Assembly: GCA_044226015.1 (NCBI GenBank)
Contig: JBGAHS010000011.1
Span: forward strand, 160,001-224,000
Reading direction: 5' to 3'
DNA from: Candidatus Obscuribacteraceae bacterium
GTDB taxonomy: Bacteria > Cyanobacteriota > Vampirovibrionia > Obscuribacterales > Obscuribacteraceae
DNA: 64,000 nt
How positions within the stretch are numbered: position 1 is the first letter of the stretch; every line of letters begins with the position of its first letter. This document shows positions 1 to 10,286 of the stretch, in pieces. A program made the translations under genes and the position numbers. Below the pieces are notes generated by a model. That model was not told the origin of the DNA. It did not search any database and saw only the letters and a list, made by a program, of their open reading frames with translations.

Positions 1-3000
1 CGTCACAGAGAGCGCGCCGCTTGTCGATTGGGCGTTTGCCACAAGGGTCAAATCCTTGCTTGAGGTCAACATCAACAGAGCACCTGACGAAAGACGACCG
101 AGCAAGGTCATCGTGTTGCCCGCTGTGACCTTCAAATTAGTCTTCGCGTTTAACAGCCCTGGCGCGGTCGAGTCAACGGTACCGCTATTTGCGACTGTGA
201 CAGCACCAGCTGCGCTCTGAACTGAAGCATTGATTGTAAGTGCATTGCTCGCCGATGTTGATGTTGATTTGATAGTGATATCTTTGCTGGCAGTCACGGC
301 TAAGCTAACATTGATAGCACCAGGTGTATTCACTGTGATCGTGCCTGCCGAAGAATTGACACCAGCAAGATCAAACAGCTGAGGCGTCACGCTCTTGCCT
401 ACATAGCCAGTCAAAGTGATATTGCCTTTAGCAGAGGCGGTTACATTTGCCTGCGTGCCTACGTCAACTTTGGAAAGCGTCACAGTTCCAGCAGAGCTAC
501 TGCCACTGATGGCAGCCGACTGTAGTATGCCTGATGCATTTACCCCAGTAGCTCCAATTAAATTTATGATGTTGGTTTTGCCGAAAGCGCCCAAATTCGC
601 TGAGACAGTAACTGACCCAGTCTTTGTTTTGGCGGTGAATGATGAAACGTTAGGCAGAACCTGAGACATCACCACATTGCCACCGGCGTTGTTTAACACG
701 ACCGTCCCTTCTGTTACTCCAGACTTTCCAGCAGAAACAGAAATCGTGCCTTGAACACCGTTGACCGCTGTTTTCGAATTGACTGTGAAAGGCGTCTTGC
801 TGTTGGAATTCAGCTCAAGATAGCCACCGTTGCCGCCATCTATACCGTCCAGATTCAGAGCACCCTTGATCTGCAGATTGCCACCAGCAGCGAGTGTTAG
901 GCTTCCTCCCTTTCCACTTGACACTGGTGAGACATTAGCGGACGAGGGAATAACAGTGAGAGCACCACCTGTAGTGACAATAATTGTTCCACCATCACCA
1001 CCTCCCTTGCCTGCAGTGGCACTCAGGTCGAAGTTGCCTGTAGGACCAATTGATTGCGCTAGAGTAGTCGTCTGTACAATAGAAATCAGACCACCAGCGC
1101 CTGTGTCGCTGCTTCCACCGCCACCACCTGGCGCGGATAGTTTAAGTGTCGCAGAAGAACCTAAAACTTGTGAGCCAGATAGGTAGAGCTTTCCTCCAGC
1201 TCCAATGGAACTAGCCCCATAACTTAATGCTGATGGCTCTACAACTAATTTTCCACCAGTACTTATCTTTATGGTACCGCCGTCTCCTGTCAAGAGACTA
1301 AAGGACCTTGCGGATATAGACGATATCTGATCAAATTTGAAATCAGCTGATTGTCCTGATTTGATTTCTATGCTTCCGCCACTTCCGATGGCGTTACCCA
1401 CAGCGCTGTCGGCGGTCAAAGTGGTTAAGCCAGCAAAATTTATGGTAGCACCCTGCAATAGCATTGACCCGCCGGCACCGCTAACCGGCAAGGAGAGAGA
1501 GAATGCGGTGGAAGACACAGAGTAAGAGGTCTTGGTCAAATTCAAAGCTTTAGCAGAAACGACCTTCATGGTGCCACCATCTCCACTAGAGCTGCCACCA
1601 GTTACTTTTGCTCCCGCAAAGTCCAAATCTCCAGCTACATTTATGTTGACCTCGCCACCGTTTCCATTTTGAGCAGCAGATGCATTCAAAATGAGCCCGT
1701 CATTGGCAATTCTTGTGTTGCTGTTTCCATCGGTTAGAGTGATGAATATTTTGCCGCCATTGCCAGCCGCAGCAGCGGACTGAGCACTTGCACTCAAGGT
1801 AAAAGGCTGGCTTGAATTCTTACCCACCCAGGTCATCGTTCCCGTCTTTATATCTATAGAGCCACCATTACCATTACCAATGGCATCAACTTGCAGACCA
1901 GTCCCAGAGGAGAAGTCCACCGCCTTCGAAGAATAAAGGGCTATAGTTCCGCCACCCGCATTGGGACCAGTTCCTGTAACATTAATGCCAGACGGATCTA
2001 CACTCAATACAGAATTTGTGCCGCTTCGAACGTCGATGGTGACCGAACCTAACCCCGTGTCTCCGGTAGCACTGAGCAGCAAACTACCAGCACTGGGACC
2101 AACAGTGAGATCTTTTGCTGAGTTGATCACAATAGCGCCGGCGTTGTTAGCGCCATTAGCGGCCACTGAGAGGTAGCTAGCTGCGTTACCCAGTTCAAAT
2201 CCATTTGCCGCTGTCAGAGTGACGACTCCCGCATTATTTAATGCATCTTGCTTCGATGAAATAGCATTGTCAGTGACAGAAATCACATCAGCGGTGAGCG
2301 TAATATCTTTTGCCGCCAGCGAACTTCCAGTGACAGTTAGCTTACTCACTCCTGAGTTCAGGTCAATGGCAGCAGCCTTCACTGTCGTAGATAAAGTCAT
2401 CGGCACATCCGAACGCACCTGATAGGTGGCTCCAGCACCGCTTGAAACAACATTGCCATCAAGTACGGCATCTACAAGAGTTACGGAATTTGTCGAGATA
2501 TCACTTTTCGCCCAGACCGATCCAGACGATGCCTGGAGTGCAAGCTTGCCGCTCGTAAGAACAACTGGGTGACCGGAATCAGCTCCTATGTTCCCTCCGT
2601 TAATCGAAATGTCGATTTCATCAGCTTGAATTTTTCCGCCTGAAGTGACGAATGTATCGGAAGCAAAAATACCAATCTGCTTGGTGGTGTTGTCTCCAGC
2701 GCCAGCAGCGAGAGATATGCCTCCGGATGAGCTCAATACTATCGTCTGCGCAATAACTGGTGTGTCAGTTTTACGATTTAGCAGATTTTGATTTGGTGCA
2801 GCTAAGAAGAAATCACCACTGGCTTTATTGGTGTAGCCCTGTCCACCTACACTCGCATCAGCAAGCGTAATGTCACCACCAGCATGTGTGTCAATTAAAT
2901 AGGCACTTTTTGCCGAAGCAGTGATTGCACTGGCATCAAAAGTGAAGCGCGCAGCTTGAGTGCCTATGTCACCCGAAGTACTGATGACGAGATTCGCAGT

Positions 3001-6000
3001 TGAAACCACTGTTGGGAAATCAGAAACGAGCAGGTCGCCAACAGAAATCAAGGCAATTGAATTGCTTCCACTTACGGTCACCAGGTTATTGCTGGTACCA
3101 AGCTGGGTGGACGACTGCAGCAACACATCACTAGCAGACAGCGCTGCGGATACGATCAATTTGTCAGCACCAGCCAGTTTATCAGCAACAAAATGGAAGT
3201 CAGCAGCGGCAGAGTTATGGTCATAGCCGACACCATCAACAGAACTGTTTCGTAGCGTAATGCTTCCTTTATCCCAGGAGTTGACCAGGTAGACCGAGCC
3301 TTTATCAGCATTCGCAGAAATAAATGGTGCATAGACGTTCAGCGGTGAAAGCGCACTGCCAATACTAGACCCGGTGCTGATCAGAATTAAATGCTGTGGG
3401 AACGACGCGACACTATCAACCGCAGACACCGTTTTCTGCGTGATGGGACTAGCCGACATCAAAGCAATTGAGTCACCAGGGGTAACTGTTCCTTGTATGT
3501 TGATGCTGCCAAACACTGAAATGAATTCAACGTTTCTGGCGGAGATAGTAGCGTTCGAATTAACGAATAGTTCTTCACCCAGATCTTTAAGCCTCACAAG
3601 CCCGTTGGGTGCGCTTATGGCGGTACCGGTCTGGTCCAAAACGATCGATTTTCCAGTAAGGTTCAACTCACCGAATGCATCACCAACAAGAGTCAAAGAG
3701 CCCGGACCAATTTGCAGCGGAGCATTCGCCGCTGACAAAGTGATATTTCCGGACGGCATAGCGGGTCCGCCAGCAACTTGAATGTTGGATGGAGACAGAA
3801 GGTTGATTCCTCCGGTGCCGTTGTTTACGACGGTGACGCTGCCACCATTTCCATTCTTCGAAGTAGCGATTAGATTTCCATTAATTGAGTTAAGTCCTGT
3901 AGCGCCAATATCGAAAGATGTGGTGCTATTCGTTGTAATCGAAATGGAGCCAGCAGTTCCAAAATCGGTCGATACGTTTAAGTCACCAGTGATTGATATG
4001 TTCGGAGCATCAAAGATTAAGCTGGCACCATGGCCTTTCGAACTGGCGTCAGCACTTATTCCTGAAGTGTCTATAGTCAGATCTGATTTTGATGTAACCG
4101 ATATCTTACCTGCACTACCAAATGTGCCACCAGCCGAAGCAGAAAGAGAAAGCTGACCGTTACCTGAACCAATCTGATAATTTGCGCTATCGCTGTTAAT
4201 CAAGATTGTTCCAGCATCAGACGTTGAGCCTCCGGCCCACACGAGTACATTGCTCGATGAAGTGACTTGAATATTGCTAGCTGTTAATTGAATTATGCCA
4301 CCAGATGTATTTCCATTGCCGTTAGAGGTGATCGAGCTTCCATCGGCAAAAGTCAATATCCCATTGGCGCTGACAAAAATTCGCCCTGATGGTCCAAGCG
4401 CAGAAGTTGGCGTGTTGAACAGAGAATTATTTAGAGTAATGTCACCAGATGCCTCAATGAAGATATCGCCAGCGCCCTCAATTTTCCCAGTCGATATGCT
4501 ACCGGAATTGGTTTTGCTAATCGGAATTACAACTCCAGTAAAAGTCCCGTTATCAACAACAAGCCCGGCGCTGGCCAAATCTCCAGTCGCGAGCCGAACC
4601 ACGCCCGAGCCCGTTTTACCTAAGCTTCGTGTATTTATGTCCCCAGCGATAATGGCGTTTCCATTGCCACCAGCATAAACAGTGACATCACCCGACTTCT
4701 TAGCAGAGCTGCTTGCAAAGGAATTTACCGGCCCCAGAGAAATTGTCCCATTACTATAGTCACTAGCTGCAAAAGCCCAAACTGTTACTGCTCCACCCGT
4801 AGTGAATATCGTCGAGGAGTTTGAGCTTAGATCGATGTTTCCACCGGTACTCGAAGCGCCGGAAATGTTAATCTTCGAGATTGTTGAGCCTGGTGTCATG
4901 GACACACCAGCAGCCAACAATACACTAGCTCCATCAGTGCCAGACCCTATGGTTACAGGAGCGTTCGATGATATGTTGCCACCTGCAAGCAACGCAGATG
5001 ACGCCTCCGTAGTCACGCTTCCATCTAGCTTGATATTACCAGCGGTGGCAACTTGAACAGGTCCGCTAACATTGATGGTCCCCACGCGGACGAGCCCCGG
5101 ACGGAAGCTCAGTGGCATAAAGCTACCAGAGCCGGGCTGTACGGTTCCATCGATTACACTGATATTGCTTCCTTGTATAGTGGGTGTTGCGGAGTAAAGG
5201 TAGACAGTGCCACCCGGGGCTCCACTGTTGCTGCTCGAGTTAATGAGCCCTGAGAAAAGCCCGCTATTGCCGTTGACATCAGCTTTAGCCCCCGCTATGA
5301 CGCGAACATTACCATTCGCTTCTCCTGCAGTACCAGCAATACTTAGAGAACCGAAATTGACAGTACCTTTGCTGTCGTCATCTCCAGCATAAGCAATTAG
5401 AGTGACATCGCCACCGGGTAGAGCTGGAACAGCCGGTGAAGTGAATGCTCCCAAGGTCATCGTAAGGTTGCCGCCACTACTGCTTCCTTTGTTTGTGCCG
5501 GATCCGTTAGCGATGGTAACGAGAGTCACCGAATCAGGATCACTACCACTGTTTCCAGATGAAACCAGCGAGGAAGATAATTTGGCTCCTGCCACGACAA
5601 GTAGATCGCCGCCCGAAGTATCAATTGGAGCATTTATTGTAACGTCTCCAGACGCAAGAATAGCAAGGTCAGCTCCAGAAGTGGTGATGGGTGGACCAGA
5701 CAGCGTCACGTTTCCAGCAGTGTTGAAGTAAGTGGGGTCATGACTCACATTAATTTCGCCAAGCACCAGATTCGGTGTCGCAGCGCCTACGTGAGCATTG
5801 CACGCAGTAACGTTCACCACGCCAGTTACATCATCAACAGCAACATCAACGTTCCCTTTGCCAGAGAAAAAATTCAATTGCTTGGAGTCGAAGTTTCCAC
5901 CAGTTACAACAACGCTGCCATTTCCGACATAATCGTTGCTACGGAAATTGATATTCTCAGCGGCACGCAAGGTACCGTTTATGTTGTTAAGCAAAATCGA

Positions 6001-6696
6001 TTGCTCCGGCAAAGAAGCATTGATGTTGATGTTTCCAGTGCCAGAGCTGATTAGAGCTGCGTTATTGATAGTGGGGCTGAAGAGATTCACATTAGCACTC
6101 GCCGTTATACCCGCAGAGCCCGCAAGATTGCTGATGGAGTTAGCAGCGCTCATCGTAAGATTACCGGCGCTGCGGATAGCGCCAGCATTCACTATGTTGG
6201 AACTTGCACTAATGTTCAGATTCAAGTTATCTAGCGAAGCGATCATTCCGCCAGGATTGACCTTAACGTTTGCAGCAACGAGATTAGCTGCGCCAACGAG
6301 TGGATCCGTCGTTCTAAACAACAAGCGTCCAGATGCCGTAAGGTTTCCGAGTACGTTCAAATTAGCGTTGGCTGCGGTCACGAAATCAACGACAGTTACA
6401 CCGCGAGGAATGTTGAGATTGCCACTAATCGGCAACGTACCACTCAACTGGAACGACCTGGCTCCGGAGTTCAAGACCTGCCCGATTTGAGAACTCGTCA
6501 TCCCATCGGTTTTCAGCACGTTGTGCGAAGCAGGAAGCCGGCTTGCCTGAACTCCATGAAATGGAGCCAATGTTTGAGGCGCCCCCGGCACACTCTGTGC
6601 AGATGCAGCCAGAGACTGAGTCAGTAAGAGACCTAAGGCAATGCTCGATGTCTGCGCAGACTTCGTTGACTTGCTAACTTTGCGTCCTAACTGCAT
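1..6696 (-). CDS. Giant secreted beta-helix/filamentous-hemagglutinin-like exoprotein (>2232 aa, 3' end outside window)
   Basis: ATG at 6696 with GGAG RBS (6707-6710). Reads MQLGRKVSKSTKSAQTSSIALGLLLTQSLAASAQ (signal-peptide-like), then G/S/T/N/A/V-rich repeats (GNLNI, GNGG.I.I). The frame is open at both ends where I read it. Absence from the ORF track fits having no stop in the window. Many antisense shadow ORFs lie on +. Confidence 0.85.
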   Translation of the reverse strand, partial: MQLGRKVSKSTKSAQTSSIALGLLLTQSLAASAQSVPGAPQTLAPFHGVQASRLPASHNVLKTDGMTSSQIGQVLNSGARSFQLSGTLPISGNLNIPRGVTVVDFVTAANANLNVLGNLTASGRLLFRTTDPLVGAANLVAANVKVNPGGMIASLDNLNLNISASSNIVNAGAIRSAGNLTMSAANSISNLAGSAGITASANVNLFSPTINNAALISSGTGNININASLPEQSILLNNINGTLRAAENINFRSNDYVGNGSVVVTGGNFDSKQLNFFSGKGNVDVAVDDVTGVVNVTACNAHVGAATPNLVLGEINVSHDPTYFNTAGNVTLSGPPITTSGADLAILASGDVTINAPIDTSGGDLLVVAGAKLSSSLVSSGNSGSDPDSVTLVTIANGSGTNKGSSSGGNLTMTLGAFTSPAVPALPGGDVTLIAYAGDDDSKGTVNFGSLSIAGTAGEANGNVRVIAGAKADVNGNSGLFSGLINSSSNSGAPGGTVYLYSATPTIQGSNISVIDGTVQPGSGSFMPLSFRPGLVRVGTINVSGPVQVATAGNIKLDGSVTTEASSALLAGGNISSNAPVTIGSGTDGASVLLAAGVSMTPGSTISKINISGASSTGGNIDLSSNSSTIFTTGGAVTVWAFAASDYSNGTISLGPVNSFASSSAKKSGDVTVYAGGNGNAIIAGDINTRSLGKTGSGVVRLATGDLASAGLVVDNGTFTGVVIPISKTNSGSISTGKIEGAGDIFIEASGDITLNNSLFNTPTSALGPSGRIFVSANGILTFADGSSITSNGNGNTSGGIIQLTASNIQVTSSSNVLVWAGGSTSDAGTILINSDSANYQIGSGNGQLSLSASAGGTFGSAGKISVTSKSDLTIDTSGISADASSKGHGASLIFDAPNISITGDLNVSTDFGTAGSISITTNSTTSFDIGATGLNSINGNLIATSKNGNGGSVTVVNNGTGGINLLSPSNIQVAGGPAMPSGNITLSAANAPLQIGPGSLTLVGDAFGELNLTGKSIVLDQTGTAISAPNGLVRLKDLGEELFVNSNATISARNVEFISVFGSINIQGTVTPGDSIALMSASPITQKTVSAVDSVASFPQHLILISTGSSIGSALSPLNVYAPFISANADKGSVYLVNSWDKGSITLRNSSVDGVGYDHNSAAADFHFVADKLAGADKLIVSAALSASDVLLQSSTQLGTSNNLVTVSGSNSIALISVGDLLVSDFPTVVSTANLVISTSGDIGTQAARFTFDASAITASAKSAYLIDTHAGGDITLADASVGGQGYTNKASGDFFLAAPNQNLLNRKTDTPVIAQTIVLSSSGGISLAAGAGDNTTKQIGIFASDTFVTSGGKIQADEIDISINGGNIGADSGHPVVLTSGKLALQASSGSVWAKSDISTNSVTLVDAVLDGNVVSSGAGATYQVRSDVPMTLSTTVKAAAIDLNSGVSKLTVTGSSLAAKDITLTADVISVTDNAISSKQDALNNAGVVTLTAANGFELGNAASYLSVAANGANNAGAIVINSAKDLTVGPSAGSLLLSATGDTGLGSVTIDVRSGTNSVLSVDPSGINVTGTGPNAGGGTIALYSSKAVDFSSGTGLQVDAIGNGNGGSIDIKTGTMTWVGKNSSQPFTLSASAQSAAAAGNGGKIFITLTDGNSNTRIANDGLILNASAAQNGNGGEVNINVAGDLDFAGAKVTGGSSSGDGGTMKVVSAKALNLTKTSYSVSSTAFSLSLPVSGAGGSMLLQGATINFAGLTTLTADSAVGNAIGSGGSIEIKSGQSADFKFDQISSISARSFSLLTGDGGTIKISTGGKLVVEPSALSYGASSIGAGGKLYLSGSQVLGSSATLKLSAPGGGGGSSDTGAGGLISIVQTTTLAQSIGPTGNFDLSATAGKGGGDGGTIIVTTGGALTVIPSSANVSPVSSGKGGSLTLAAGGNLQIKGALNLDGIDGGNGGYLELNSNSKTPFTVNSKTAVNGVQGTISVSAGKSGVTEGTVVLNNAGGNVVMSQVLPNVSSFTAKTKTGSVTVSANLGAFGKTNIINLIGATGVNASGILQSAAISGSSSAGTVTLSKVDVGTQANVTASAKGNITLTGYVGKSVTPQLFDLAGVNSSAGTITVNTPGAINVSLAVTASKDITIKSTSTSASNALTINASVQSAAGAVTVANSGTVDSTAPGLLNAKTNLKVTAGNTMTLLGRLSSGALLMLTSSKDLTLVANAQSTSGALSVT

Positions 6697-6943
6697 AGCG
6701 ATCTGTCTCCAAAAAAGATTAGTCTGGCAATCTTATAACAAGGGCTACAAAAAGGGTGATTTGATTAGTAAAACGCGCAACTTTTTTACGACAGAAATCA
6801 CAAATCAAAGACACTGAACGTTTTGATTGTAAGAGCGAAGAGCTAATATGAAGGCCAGCTCAGCTTCGATGTTTGTCCAGCTAAAATCAGGACTGCATTA
6901 GGATGCAAAACGCGTTGCGGCTGCGGGTAAAAGTTTCAGATGC

Positions 6944-7741
6944 TTACAGCTCTGGTATCAACGAAACGCCACGTGCATTCACAAGGAACTCAGTCTTACT
7001 GCTTGCGGCCTTCGAAAGCTCGTTATCGCTCAAATTCTTGACTGCGAATTCCGCTTTAAACGCAGCAGCAAAGCCTTTAAGCATCGCAGATTCTATCTCT
7101 TCCATAGAAACTGTGCGAGCAATTAGTTCGAAAAGATTCGCGTGGCGTTCAATTTTAGCATCAGCTGGCGAAGCGCCCAACAAATCGGACATAAGGCTCT
7201 GCTCTAAATTCAACGGAATTGATCCATGCTGTAGAACTGATTCCCGTCGCCTCAACTGCGCACTGCCGGCAAGTTTTCTGCCTTTGAAATGCAAATCAGC
7301 ATTTGTTGTTGCAAGAAAACAATCAGCCATGTTTCTGTAGGCTGAGTTACTTGAGCCCAATTCTGTTCGAACACCAAGAATTTCGAAGGCATTCTGCAGC
7401 CCCGCGCAAATTTGCTTGTATGCGGCGCTAACACTTGACTCAAGGATTCCGCACTTTCCATGCCCCTTGTGTGTTGCAACGAATGAGTAGGTTATGTCGT
7501 TCATATGCAAAACGGCACGCCCACCTGTTGGCCGGCGCACGACATCAATTCCCCTGTCATTGACTCTTTGAACTATTTCCGGCGCTATCTTCTGATTCTG
7601 ACCAATAGTCATACAAGCAGGATGGAACCCATAGAGCCGCAAGGTCGGAGTAGAATCTTCAGCCGCCTCAAGCAATCCAAGATCGACAGCCATATTACTA
7701 GCGCCATCGTGAATTGAATAGGGAATGAAACGCCAGCTCAT
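6944..7741 (-). CDS. Lipoate-protein ligase A family / LipM-like octanoyltransferase
   Basis: NMAVD, PTLRLYG, VVRRPTGGRAVLH, GRKLAGSAQ and LQHGSI motifs. Start overlaps the pdp stop (TGATG). Confidence 0.88.
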   Translation of the reverse strand: MSWRFIPYSIHDGASNMAVDLGLLEAAEDSTPTLRLYGFHPACMTIGQNQKIAPEIVQRVNDRGIDVVRRPTGGRAVLHMNDITYSFVATHKGHGKCGILESSVSAAYKQICAGLQNAFEILGVRTELGSSNSAYRNMADCFLATTNADLHFKGRKLAGSAQLRRRESVLQHGSIPLNLEQSLMSDLLGASPADAKIERHANLFELIARTVSMEEIESAMLKGFAAAFKAEFAVKNLSDNELSKAASSKTEFLVNARGVSLIPEL

Positions 7742-9084
7742 CAGCTTTTTGCAGCAGCCAGCAATGATTCTTTGGATATTCTGGCTCTAATAACAGGTGG
7801 TGTTTCTACAGCTTTGTCACTGTATTTGATAGCTTGCAAGAACTTATCCTCTGCAAGTTTGATATGCTCATCACTATCACCATATATAGTGGCAACGACA
7901 TCGCCGCCATTCAATTTGCTACCAATCTTTCCATTTAATACTATGCCAACCGCAAGATTAATGGGGTCGCCCTTCTTCTCGCGACCAGCACCCATCAACT
8001 TGCAAGCCTCTGCCACGGTTTTACCGTTCAGCCCTGCAATCCATTTTTCTCCAGTGCCAGGAACCTTCACTTGATGCTTTAGTTTCGCCTGGGGCATCAA
8101 AGAGTAATCATCAAGCACGGCTGGGTTGCCGCCCTGATTCTTTATCAACTCTGACAATTTCGCAAGCGCCTTTCCAGATTTGATAATCTCCTCTAACTCT
8201 TTTCGAGCAGATTCTTCATTTGCAGACGTCCCGGCCTGCACCATCGCCATAGCACCAAGCCCTAAACAGAGTTCTCTGAAATCTTCAGGTCCCCCGCCTT
8301 TCAGCGTGTCGATAGCCTCGACGACTTCAAGTGTATGACCGACTGCGTGCCCAAGAGGCTGCTCCATATCAGTCACCACGGCAGTAACAGGGCGCTTCAA
8401 TCTGTGCCCTACTTCAACCATGGTCTTTGATAATTCGACTGCCTTTGCTTCAGTGTCCATAAAGGCGCCGCTTCCACACTTCACGTCAAGTATGATCAAA
8501 TTCGCGCCAGCAGCAATCTTCTTGCACATAACAGAAGCAGCAATGAGTGGTATAGACTCAACCGTTCCGGTCACATCTCTCAGTGCATACATCAAACCAT
8601 CAGCAGGAGCCAGGTCTTGAGTTTGCCCGCCAACAGCGGCTCCTATCGCTTTCACTTGCGAAATAAACTTGTCGTTTGAAAGATTGACATTGAACCCAGG
8701 AATAGCTTCAAGCTTATCGAGAGTTCCTCCAGTGTGACCCAAACCACGACCAGAAAGCTTTGCCATCGGAATCCCCGCAGCGGCAAGCATGGGCACAAAC
8801 ACAAGCGTCGTCTTGTCCCCGACGCCCCCGGTGCTATGCTTGTCCCCAACAACTGCTCCAATTTCGGAAAGATCCAACATATCCCCAGAACGAGCCATTG
8901 CGTCGGTCAAGAAGGCTGTCTCGTCCATGGTCATGCCTTGCCAACACACCGCCATAAGCCAGGCTGAAAGTTGATAGTCCCGATAGGTTTCGGGATTCGT
9001 GATACTTTTGATCAAGAAATCAATTTCTTCTTTGCTGTGCTCGCCGCCATAGCGTTTTTTGACAATGAGATCCACCATTCGCAT
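7741..9084 (-). CDS. pdp: Pyrimidine-nucleoside (thymidine) phosphorylase
   Basis: DKHSTGGVGDKT, SGRGLGHTGGTLDKLE, YALRDVTGTV and DVKCGSGAFM motifs. Confidence 0.95.
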   Translation of the reverse strand: MRMVDLIVKKRYGGEHSKEEIDFLIKSITNPETYRDYQLSAWLMAVCWQGMTMDETAFLTDAMARSGDMLDLSEIGAVVGDKHSTGGVGDKTTLVFVPMLAAAGIPMAKLSGRGLGHTGGTLDKLEAIPGFNVNLSNDKFISQVKAIGAAVGGQTQDLAPADGLMYALRDVTGTVESIPLIAASVMCKKIAAGANLIILDVKCGSGAFMDTEAKAVELSKTMVEVGHRLKRPVTAVVTDMEQPLGHAVGHTLEVVEAIDTLKGGGPEDFRELCLGLGAMAMVQAGTSANEESARKELEEIIKSGKALAKLSELIKNQGGNPAVLDDYSLMPQAKLKHQVKVPGTGEKWIAGLNGKTVAEACKLMGAGREKKGDPINLAVGIVLNGKIGSKLNGGDVVATIYGDSDEHIKLAEDKFLQAIKYSDKAVETPPVIRARISKESLLAAAKS

Positions 9085-9200
9085 GGTTCTGTTCCTCGAA
9101 GCTGAAAGTGATGATTTTACTTCAGTTTCGAAAAAAATTCGCTAGTTTCGCAGGTCCCACTTGACAAAAACTTCTGAGATATGATTTATAAATTAGTAAC

Positions 9201-9258
9201 GGAGTGAGGCTCTTAAACGCTTACCAAGAAGTCGTATAGCCTCCTCCCTTTTCTTTTT
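9201..9258 (+). terminator. Stem-loop plus U-tract; candidate small RNA or leader terminator upstream of mqnA
   Basis: GGAG-T-GAGGCT (9201-9211) pairs with AGCCTC-CTCC (9238-9247), followed by CTTTTCTTTTT. TTGACA lies at 9161-9166. Confidence 0.45.
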
Positions 9259-9368
9259 GTTGCTGGCAAAAATCAGCAGAATGCAAAAGCCCCAGCTCGG
9301 CTAGCTATACTATTAGATGTCTAGATAGACGTTTAGATGATCAGCAAGTTGATCTGGAGCCAAGTTCC

Positions 9369-10286
9369 ATGAGTTCACAAGCCTCGTCCGAGCTTCGGAC
9401 AAGAGCAGAGACAGATTCCAATTCAGGGGATAAGCCTGAGTTGGCAGAGAGTTCAGCCACCAGAACTCTGATGGGACAAATTTCGTTCATCAACACCATG
9501 CCAGTGACATTGCCGCTGCTTCAAAAGGCTGTTGATATTGGCTGCAAACTAGTATTCGACACTCCAGCAGCTCTAAACAAGAAGCTCAATGAAAACGAGC
9601 TGAATCTTGGTGCAATGAGTTCATTCTTCTATCTTGAACATGGAGGTTTCGAGCTTTTTGATCGCATTTCCATCTCCGGAACTGGTAAAGTCGGCAGCGT
9701 ACTGCTTTTTTCAAAGGACGAATTAGGGCATCTTTCTAACAAGAAAATACTTGTGCCAGATTCCTCTGCTACATCGATTAAGTTAATGCAAGTCTTGCTT
9801 AAGAGCGAATTTGGGCTAGACGTCGAGCTTATAGAGAACCCATGCCCAGATGAAACAGACGAATTCCTCAGAAAGGACACAGCAATCAGGGCGCAATTAG
9901 TCATTGGAGACAAAGCTCTAAAACTAGATGAACAATTGGGAAATAACAGCCCTTACCTCAGAATCGATCTGGCGCAGTGGTGGTATAAGCAATTCTCTCT
10001 TCCTTTTGTGTTTGGAGTCTGGGGCGCACGCAAAGAATGGGCAGTCGAAAACCAAGGACTCTTCGAAGAGATTGGAAACTCACTAAGAGCAGCTAGAGAT
10101 CTCGGGTTGACGTCGATGCTGAAAGAAGTAATTGATGAATCGTCGAAGCTTACCGGATTTAGCGAAAGCCGCCTCAAGTGCTATTACATTGACGAACTTG
10201 ATTATCGTCTCGATGACGAGCACAAGCAGGCTTTAGCGCTATTCGAAAAACTGTGCAGAGAAAATGGCTTCCTTGCACAAAAATAG
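9369..10286 (+). CDS. mqnA: Chorismate dehydratase (futalosine menaquinone pathway)
   Basis: GQISFINTMP, GKVGSVLLFS, SSATS, LVIGDKAL and DLAQWW...LPFVFGVW match MqnA motifs. Confidence 0.85.
   Translation: MSSQASSELRTRAETDSNSGDKPELAESSATRTLMGQISFINTMPVTLPLLQKAVDIGCKLVFDTPAALNKKLNENELNLGAMSSFFYLEHGGFELFDRISISGTGKVGSVLLFSKDELGHLSNKKILVPDSSATSIKLMQVLLKSEFGLDVELIENPCPDETDEFLRKDTAIRAQLVIGDKALKLDEQLGNNSPYLRIDLAQWWYKQFSLPFVFGVWGARKEWAVENQGLFEEIGNSLRAARDLGLTSMLKEVIDESSKLTGFSESRLKCYYIDELDYRLDDEHKQALALFEKLCRENGFLAQK

Noticed and set aside
416..6490. About 17 plus-strand ORFs of 61-184 aa
   Set aside because: Antisense shadows of the giant minus-strand gene, mostly in one frame, with Pro/Leu/Val-rich composition and no motifs.
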